Below, in pieces: positions 58,220-64,000 of a stretch of 64,000 nucleotides of DNA (its first letter is position 1; each line of letters opens with the position of its first letter). The DNA is taken from the NCBI GenBank assembly GCA_035541435.1, contig DATKNL010000012.1, positions 70,498 to 134,497 on the forward strand, given 5' to 3'. A program made the translations under genes and the position numbers. Origin of the DNA: Minisyncoccota bacterium. GTDB lineage: Bacteria; Patescibacteriota; Minisyncoccia; UBA6257; 2-01-FULL-56-20. The notes beneath the pieces are model-generated. The model was not told the DNA's origin. It made no database searches and worked only from the letters and a program-made list of their open reading frames with translations.

Positions 58220-58256
58220 ACAATAGCACCCAACCGGCGCTCTTTCAACATCAGAA

Positions 58257-60479
58257 TCACGCGGCCGGCGTCGCCGTCGCTGCCGCCTCTTCGGCCGTCT
58301 CGAGCTTCAGCGAGACGACCTTCGAGCTGCCGTCCTCGGCGAGCGTGATGCCATACAGCACCTCGGCCGCCTCCATGGTCGCGCGGTTGTGCGTGACGAC
58401 GATGAACTGCGTGCGCTTCGAGAACTCGTGCAGCATCTCGCCGAACCGGCGCGCGTTGCGCTCGTCGAGCGGCGCGTCGATCTCGTCGAGCACAAGGAAC
58501 GGCGGCGGGCTCACCGAGACCATGGCGAAGAGCGCCGCGATGCCGACGAGGCTGCGCTCCCCTCCCGAGAGCACGTCGAGCGACGTCGTCTTCTTGCGCG
58601 GAAGCTTCACCTCGATCTCGACGCCGCCCTCCTTCTCGGGCGGGATCGGCACGAGGTTCTCCTCGTCATTGCCGCCCGCCTCGCCGGTACCGCCGTCCTC
58701 ATCGTCATCGCCGCCGCGGACCGGCTCCTTCGGACGCAGCACCTTGAGGCGCGCCGTGCCGCCGCCGAACATGAGGCCGAAGAACTTATCGAATTCCGCG
58801 TTGATCTTCACGAGGGATTTTTCGAACTCGGACTTGATCTTCTCGGAAAGGTCGATCATGAGCGTCGTGAGGTCGTTCACCGCCTTCGTGAGGTCCTCGG
58901 ATTCCTTCTGCAGGAACTCGTAGCGCTTCTCGGTCTCCTGCGCCTCGCGCATGAGGGCCTCGTCGACTTCGCCGATGCTCGCCAGGTCCCCGCGCAGCCT
59001 GAAGATGCGACGCTCCATCTCGTTGAAATCGGTCCCCTGAGCCGCCGGAGGCGTGTCGCGGAACTCGTCGGCGCGGCGGCCGGCCTGCTCGATCTGATGC
59101 AGGACCTCCTCGCGGCGCAGGTCGATGCGCTCCTTCTGGAGCAGGAGCTCGCGGTTCCCCTTCTCCCATTCGTCGATGCGTCCCTGCGCGTTCTGAACCG
59201 CGGCCACCGCCCCTTTGAACGTGTCATAAAATTCCTCCTGGCCCGTTTCGAGCGCCTGTTCGCGCGAGCGGAGCTCGGCGATCGCCGCCTCAAGCCGCTT
59301 CAGGTCCTCGGCCGTCTTCTCGAGGTCGCGCCGCAGCTCGTCGGGGACGGCCGCCGGACGCTCCTCGCGCTCCTCAAGCGCGAAGCCGATCTCCTCAAGC
59401 ACCGTCTCGATGGCCGCCTGGATGCCGAGCGGCTCCTCGTTCAGGGCCTCCTCGAGCTCGGCTTTGATCTTCTGCAGCACATCGATGAGGTGCTCGACGG
59501 ACCGGTCGCCGCGCGGGCCGCCGGACTTCCGCGCGATCTCGATCTGCGCCTCGATGCGGCCAAGGTCCTTCTGCAGGTCGCTGCGCGACTCCATGAGCTT
59601 GCGGATCTCGTCCTTCACGAGCTGGAGCGCCTTCCGCTCCTCGGGCTGGCTCGCCTCGATCGCGGCCTGCCTCATCTCGGCCGCCTTCTTCTCCTTTTCG
59701 AGATGTTCGAATTCCCGGCGGTGGTCCGCAAGAGCGGCCTCGACCACCGCACCCTTCTCGGCGAGTTCGCGGATGTGCGAGCCGAAAAAGGCACCTTCGA
59801 GCACGCGCAGCTCCTCTTCGAGCGCGCCGCGCCGCTCCCACCGGCCGGTCTGCCGCTTGAGCGACCGAAGATGCGGCAGGATCTCCTCGATGAGGGCCGT
59901 CACCTTGTCAAGGTTTATTTTACTGTTTTTTAACCTTCGTTCCGCGTCGGCCTTCTTCAGCTGATATTCGCGAAGACCCAACATCTCTTCGATCATCTCG
60001 CGGCGCTCGGTGGCGGACGATCTGATGAACACATCGCTGTCGCCCTGGCCGATGATGACGAGGCCGTGGCTGCCGAGGCGGGCCTTCGCGAAGAAGTCGA
60101 CGAGGTCGCGCAGCAGGATCTCGGAACGGTTCAGGAAGTATTTGCTCTGGCCGTCGCGACGGATCTCGCGCGAAACCACGACCTCCTCGAAGTCGATCGG
60201 GAAGAACTTGTTCTTGTTCTCAAAGACGAGGCTCGCGCTCGCCATGCCGACGCGCGGGCGCTTCACGGTCCCCGCAAAGATGAGGTCGTCGATCTTCGCG
60301 CCGCGCAGGTTCTTGGCGTCGCGCTCGCCGAGCAGCCACCGCAGGGCGTCGACGATGTTCGACTTGCCGCTGCCGTTCGGGCCGACGATGGCCACGATGC
60401 CCGCGGGGAACTCGAGCACGGTCCGGCCGGCGAACGATTTGAACCCGTTGAGCTCGAGCCGGCGAAGGAAGTGAGGCAT
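58257..60479 (-). CDS. smc: SMC-like chromosome segregation ATPase, short (740 aa) with no recognisable hinge domain
   Basis: N-terminal LELNGFKSFAGRTVLEF..GPNGSGKSNIVDAL, long coiled coil, C-terminal LSGGERSLVGIAALFA...LVLDEIDAPLD. Confidence 0.75.
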   Translation of the reverse strand: MPHFLRRLELNGFKSFAGRTVLEFPAGIVAIVGPNGSGKSNIVDALRWLLGERDAKNLRGAKIDDLIFAGTVKRPRVGMASASLVFENKNKFFPIDFEEVVVSREIRRDGQSKYFLNRSEILLRDLVDFFAKARLGSHGLVIIGQGDSDVFIRSSATERREMIEEMLGLREYQLKKADAERRLKNSKINLDKVTALIEEILPHLRSLKRQTGRWERRGALEEELRVLEGAFFGSHIRELAEKGAVVEAALADHRREFEHLEKEKKAAEMRQAAIEASQPEERKALQLVKDEIRKLMESRSDLQKDLGRIEAQIEIARKSGGPRGDRSVEHLIDVLQKIKAELEEALNEEPLGIQAAIETVLEEIGFALEEREERPAAVPDELRRDLEKTAEDLKRLEAAIAELRSREQALETGQEEFYDTFKGAVAAVQNAQGRIDEWEKGNRELLLQKERIDLRREEVLHQIEQAGRRADEFRDTPPAAQGTDFNEMERRIFRLRGDLASIGEVDEALMREAQETEKRYEFLQKESEDLTKAVNDLTTLMIDLSEKIKSEFEKSLVKINAEFDKFFGLMFGGGTARLKVLRPKEPVRGGDDDEDGGTGEAGGNDEENLVPIPPEKEGGVEIEVKLPRKKTTSLDVLSGGERSLVGIAALFAMVSVSPPPFLVLDEIDAPLDERNARRFGEMLHEFSKRTQFIVVTHNRATMEAAEVLYGITLAEDGSSKVVSLKLETAEEAAATATPAA

Positions 60480-60480
60480 G

Positions 60481-61167
60481 TCAGCGTTGCTTCTTGAGCG
60501 CGTTCCGGGCGGCCTCGATCTCGGCCTCCTGCTTCGACGTCCCCTTCCCTTCCGCGATCAGCGCATCGCCGAAATAGACGCCCATCGTGAAGACGCGCTT
60601 GTGGGCGGGACCCGACTCGTCAAGCACGCGGTACGTCGGCGTCACCTTCATCCGTTCCTGGACCGACTCCTGAAGCTCGCTCTTCGCGTCGCGGTAGCTT
60701 TTCGTCTCAAGGACCTCATCGAGGTTCGACATCACGAACTTCTTCACGAACGGGCGGACCGCCTCGAACCCCTGGTCGAGATAGAGCGCGCCGATCAGCG
60801 CCTCCATCGCGTTCGCGAGGATGACCTCGCGCGCCTTGCCCGTGTCCTTCTTCTCGCCCCGGGACATGAGGATGAACTGCTGCAGCCCGAGGCGCTCGGC
60901 GACCAGCGCGAGGATCTGATAGTTCACGAGCGCGGCGCGCAGCACGGTGAGGCGCCCTTCGGGAAATTCGGGAAAGCGCTCGAAAAGCTCCTCGGAAACG
61001 AGGAGTTCGAGGACGGCGTCGCCCAGATATTCGAGGCGCTCGTTGTGCGGCAGGCGCCAGTTCGGATATTCGTTGAGGTACGAGCGGTGCGTCAGGGCTT
61101 CGGTGAGCAGGTCCTCGTTCCTGAATGCGGTGCCGATGGTCTTCTTAAGAGCTTCGGACGGTGTCAT
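60481..61167 (-). CDS. rnc: Ribonuclease III
   Basis: 228 aa; ERLEYLGDAVLEL catalytic signature and C-terminal dsRBD. Confidence 0.9.
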   Translation of the reverse strand: MTPSEALKKTIGTAFRNEDLLTEALTHRSYLNEYPNWRLPHNERLEYLGDAVLELLVSEELFERFPEFPEGRLTVLRAALVNYQILALVAERLGLQQFILMSRGEKKDTGKAREVILANAMEALIGALYLDQGFEAVRPFVKKFVMSNLDEVLETKSYRDAKSELQESVQERMKVTPTYRVLDESGPAHKRVFTMGVYFGDALIAEGKGTSKQEAEIEAARNALKKQR

Positions 61168-61176
61168 GACGGTTGG

Positions 61177-61650
61177 TTAACGGTCGGCCGGCTTCGCCTC
61201 GTGGCCCGCAGGCGCCTCGCCCGCGGTCCTCTTCTCGGCAGTCTCGCGATAGATCGTCCCCAGCACGCCGTTCACGAACCGGGCGGAATTCGGGCCGCCA
61301 TAGTTCTTGGCAAGCTCGATCGCCTCGTTGATGGCGACCTTCGGCGGGACCTCGTTCGGATCGGCATAGAGGAGCTCGTAAAGGCCGATGCGGAGGATGT
61401 TGCGGTCGATGACCGCGATCTTCTCGAGCGGCCATTCGGGGGCCGCCTTGCGGATGATATTGTCGATCTCCTTCAGATGGGACGCGACGCCCTGCATGAT
61501 CTTCCACGCGAACTCCGGCTCATCGACACCGGGCGCGAATTCGGCCATGTTGCGCTCCAGGATCAGGGTGATGTCCTTTTTCTGCTGATAAAAGTCCCAC
61601 TCATAGAGGGACTGCAGGATGACGGTTCGGATGAGATGCCTGGTGGCCAT
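61177..61650 (-). CDS. nusB: Transcription antitermination factor NusB
   Basis: 157 aa; NusB fold motifs ([27 protein letters not shown]). Confidence 0.85.
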   Translation of the reverse strand: MATRHLIRTVILQSLYEWDFYQQKKDITLILERNMAEFAPGVDEPEFAWKIMQGVASHLKEIDNIIRKAAPEWPLEKIAVIDRNILRIGLYELLYADPNEVPPKVAINEAIELAKNYGGPNSARFVNGVLGTIYRETAEKRTAGEAPAGHEAKPADR

Positions 61651-61683
61651 GGAAAGAGCTAGGAACGCAGAAACCGGCCCGCC

Positions 61684-61837
61684 GCTATTTCTTGCCGCAT
61701 TGCGGGCATGCGCGGTGCGCCTGCTTCGGGGCGCCGCAGTTCTTGCAGACGAGAAGCCGCTGTTTCTTCATCGCGAGATGCGAACGCCGGCGGCCGACTT
61801 TCCCCTTGGTGTGATGCTTGATTGGTACGCCTCCCAT
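61684..61837 (-). CDS. rpmF: 50S ribosomal protein L32
   Basis: Unlisted 50-aa [53 protein letters not shown] with RRSH motif and CxxC...CxxC zinc ribbon. Confidence 0.7.
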
Positions 61838-61854
61838 ATCGGTAATCTATAGAG

Positions 61855-62451
61855 TCATTGTACGTTTTGCGCGAGAAAAGTCAATCGGTGCGCGGGCGTC
61901 GGACCGTTCTCGCGGATCGCCTTGCGGTGCGCCGCCGTCCCGTACCCCTTGTGGATCTCGAAGCCGTACGCCGGGAATTTTTTGCCGAGCCGCGCCATGA
62001 ACCGGTCGCGCGAAACCTTGGCGATGATCGACGCGACGGCGACGGCCGGGATCTTCTCGTCGCCCTTGATCACCGTTTTCGCGTGCGCCGGCTGCGCCGA
62101 CCGGCTTCCTATATAGAGGCCGCCGTCGAGGAACACGCGGGCGCGCCGACCGGCCCGTTCCCGTGCCGCGAGGCGCTCATAGGCCCGCTGCGCCGCGACG
62201 TTCGCCGCGCGGGAGATATTCCGCTTCTCGATCTGCCGGGGATAGACGCGCGCCAAAGCGAACCGGACCCGCGGGGATTTCGTCAGATGGTCGAACCATG
62301 CCTCGCGCTGCAGCCTCGTGAGCTTCTTGGAATCCCTCAGCGGCCCGAGGGCGGCGTCGCCCACCCTGCCGGTCACGAGCGCGGCGACCACGACGACCGG
62401 GCCGGCGAGACAGCCGCGCCCGACCTCGTCGATGCCGATGACCTGCCTCAT
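61855..62451 (-). CDS. rnhB: Ribonuclease HII
   Basis: 198 aa; IGIDEVGRGCLAGPVV active-site motif. Confidence 0.9.
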   Translation of the reverse strand: MRQVIGIDEVGRGCLAGPVVVVAALVTGRVGDAALGPLRDSKKLTRLQREAWFDHLTKSPRVRFALARVYPRQIEKRNISRAANVAAQRAYERLAARERAGRRARVFLDGGLYIGSRSAQPAHAKTVIKGDEKIPAVAVASIIAKVSRDRFMARLGKKFPAYGFEIHKGYGTAAHRKAIRENGPTPAHRLTFLAQNVQ

Positions 62452-62879
62452 TGCAGCTCAGCGCCGTTCAGGATGCCGTTCAGCTGGCCGACATAATATT
62501 GAACGATCGCGATCGAAGCCCAGACCGTCACGATGGTCGAGAGGACGGTGAGCCCGATGGCGATCATCCCGATCTTCTTCGCGGCCGGGTCGTCGCTGCG
62601 GAAATATTTGATGCCCGGCCACAGTCCGAGCGGCGGAAGGAACACGCTCACGAGATAGATCCACGCCTGCGAAAACACGGTGACCGAAAGCTGCTTCGCG
62701 CGAAGGGCCTTGCCGCAGTTCGGGCAGAACGTATAGAGCTTCGGAACGACCGCCCCGCACGACGGGCAGGTCGCGCTTACGTCGGGCAGGTTCGGGAATT
62801 CCGGCTGGGGCTGCCGCGGAGCCGGCGACGGCTGCGGCGGCGCAACCGGCATCGGCGGCTGATTCGCTTCGTCCATCAT
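62448..62879 (-). CDS. Zinc-ribbon domain membrane protein
   Basis: 143 aa; Pro-rich N-term, CPSCGAVVPKLYTFCPNCG zinc ribbon, two TM helices; ATGA overlap with rnhB. Confidence 0.5.
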   Translation of the reverse strand: MMDEANQPPMPVAPPQPSPAPRQPQPEFPNLPDVSATCPSCGAVVPKLYTFCPNCGKALRAKQLSVTVFSQAWIYLVSVFLPPLGLWPGIKYFRSDDPAAKKIGMIAIGLTVLSTIVTVWASIAIVQYYVGQLNGILNGAELQ

Positions 62880-62939
62880 TCAATTGTAATCCTTTCGCGC
62901 GTTGAATTAAATGAGCGTTTGTTTTAGGATAGGGCTGAA

Positions 62940-63012
62940 GCCCCTATAGCTCAGCTGGTAGAGCAGCTCCCTTTTAAGGAGACGGTCCCAGGTTCGAGTC
63001 CTGGTGGGGGCA
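62940..63012 (+). tRNA. tRNA-Lys (anticodon TTT)
   Basis: Acceptor GCCCCTA/TGGGGGC, D-arm GCTC-AGCTGGTA-GAGC, anticodon loop CTTTTAA, T-arm CCAGG-TTCGAGT-CCTGG. Confidence 0.8.
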
Positions 63013-63066
63013 CACTGCCCGAAAAAGGTAGCCATCCATATTTGTTTTTCCTTCGCTGCCGGCGAT

Positions 63067-63106
63067 AAGGAGACGGTCCCAGGTTCGAGTCCTGGTGGGG
63101 GCACCA
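63067..63106 (+). repeat. Direct duplicate of the 3' half of tRNA-Lys (anticodon-loop AAGG to 3' end), here with encoded CCA; no matching 5' half
   Basis: aaggagacggtcccaggttcgagtcctggtgggggcac identical to 62976-63013; 54 bp downstream of the intact gene. Confidence 0.6.
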
Positions 63107-63213
63107 CAGGTTAGGAACAGGGCCCTGTTGCGTTCAGGCCTGGATTGCGCTATGGTTTTAGGCAGCAACATTTAAATAACAAGAGAGTGAGATGTTGCTA
63201 GAGGAGATTCAGC

Positions 63214-63855
63214 ATGGCGAGTCGAAGTACTGTAATGAGACCGGGGCGGTCTCATACGAGCATTTCCCACCTTCAACCTTCAACAACGTCATCGGCAGTA
63301 CCGGCCCCGAAGACGTATCCCTCCCGATACGAACGGCCCTTGTACGTCTTCGGATATGTACCCCTCGTTCCCCTCGTAAGCACTCCCGAAGTCAGGATCA
63401 TACGCTGCGGCGCCGCCAATGTCCTGCCGCTTCCTCAACGCGAGCATGGCGACCCGTACTATTACGACCGTTTTGCCTTCGAATCGAAAGGTCTCGAGCT
63501 CCCTCTCAACGAACAGTGGCAGCATCTGATCTTCTCGTGGTTCACCGAAGGTATCGACGCCATGTGCCGGCCCTATCAGGCCGAAGCGGATAGCGACGAC
63601 ATTCGTCTCCGGATTTTCACATCGCCCGTCATCTGCACGGATCGCGAAGAGGCAAAGCTCATCAAGCAGATGCAGGGACCAGAACGCCAGACCAGGCAGC
63701 AGGCGCATTGGAACGGATGCGAATACTGCCGAATCCTTCGCGACGCGCGCAAGGTCGGCGGCAACATCCAGCCGTTCCTGATCGACCCGGATGTCATAAC
63801 CCCGAAGCGCCTTTCGGACCTCCGTCTCCTCGGCAGCCCGCAAGGTACCGCCTAA
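63214..63855 (+). CDS. Hypothetical protein (213 aa), lower GC
   Basis: Track ORF with AGAGGAG SD; followed by GCGCCC...GGGCGC + TTTTATT terminator at ~63878-63912. Confidence 0.45.
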   Translation: MASRSTVMRPGRSHTSISHLQPSTTSSAVPAPKTYPSRYERPLYVFGYVPLVPLVSTPEVRIIRCGAANVLPLPQREHGDPYYYDRFAFESKGLELPLNEQWQHLIFSWFTEGIDAMCRPYQAEADSDDIRLRIFTSPVICTDREEAKLIKQMQGPERQTRQQAHWNGCEYCRILRDARKVGGNIQPFLIDPDVITPKRLSDLRLLGSPQGTA

Positions 63856-64000
63856 TGCAGTCACTCTCAAGCTCGCACCAGCTAGCGCCCAGCCCTACCA
63901 GGCCCCGGGCGCTTTTATTGTCTTCGGCCGCGCGCCGCCGCTCGTTGAAATTCAGCGGCGCTTCCCCTACAATAGTCGGGACAGTTCGGAGGGTTGGCAG

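Overview
High-GC (~65-70%) bacterial chromosomal window, gene-dense, with most genes on the minus strand.

Main content:
- A DNA-repair supercluster: uvrC, an ApaH-like phosphoesterase, uvrA, an ABC exporter, uvrB, nth, mpg and an ogt-like gene.
- A complete F1Fo ATP synthase operon, atpB-E-F-H-A-G-D-C, followed by a small beta-carbonic-anhydrase-like gene.
- A run prfB (with the programmed +1 frameshift), ftsE, ftsX, a CAP-domain coiled-coil protein and a 1193-aa peptidoglycan-binding beta-helix surface protein.
- hrcA-grpE-dnaK-(membrane protein)-dnaJ with a degenerate CIRCE element.
- corA-cysS-dnaB-recR, ychF, and an HD-domain hydrolase.
- Two paralogous secreted proteins, an ABC-2 transporter, mnmA, efp, a KH-domain protein and rpsP.
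- A hinge-less SMC-like gene, rnc, nusB, rpmF and rnhB.

Seven tRNA genes plus one duplicated tRNA-Lys 3' half are present. Every tRNA locus is flanked by lower-GC (~50-55%) DNA carrying orphan genes, consensus AT-rich promoters and strong intrinsic terminators.

The most unusual stretch is 55.9-58.0 kb, next to tRNA-Ala(CGC). It carries two homologous promoter-microORF-terminator cassettes flanking an Xis/AlpA-like HTH gene.

Many genes appear leaderless, with TATAMT placed 6-9 nt before the start codon. Several housekeeping proteins are shorter than usual (UvrC, UvrA, HrcA, SMC), suggesting a reduced-genome lineage.

Coordinates not taken from the ORF track are hand-derived and may be off by +/-1-2 nt.

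Many long GC-rich antisense ORFs in the track were judged non-coding.
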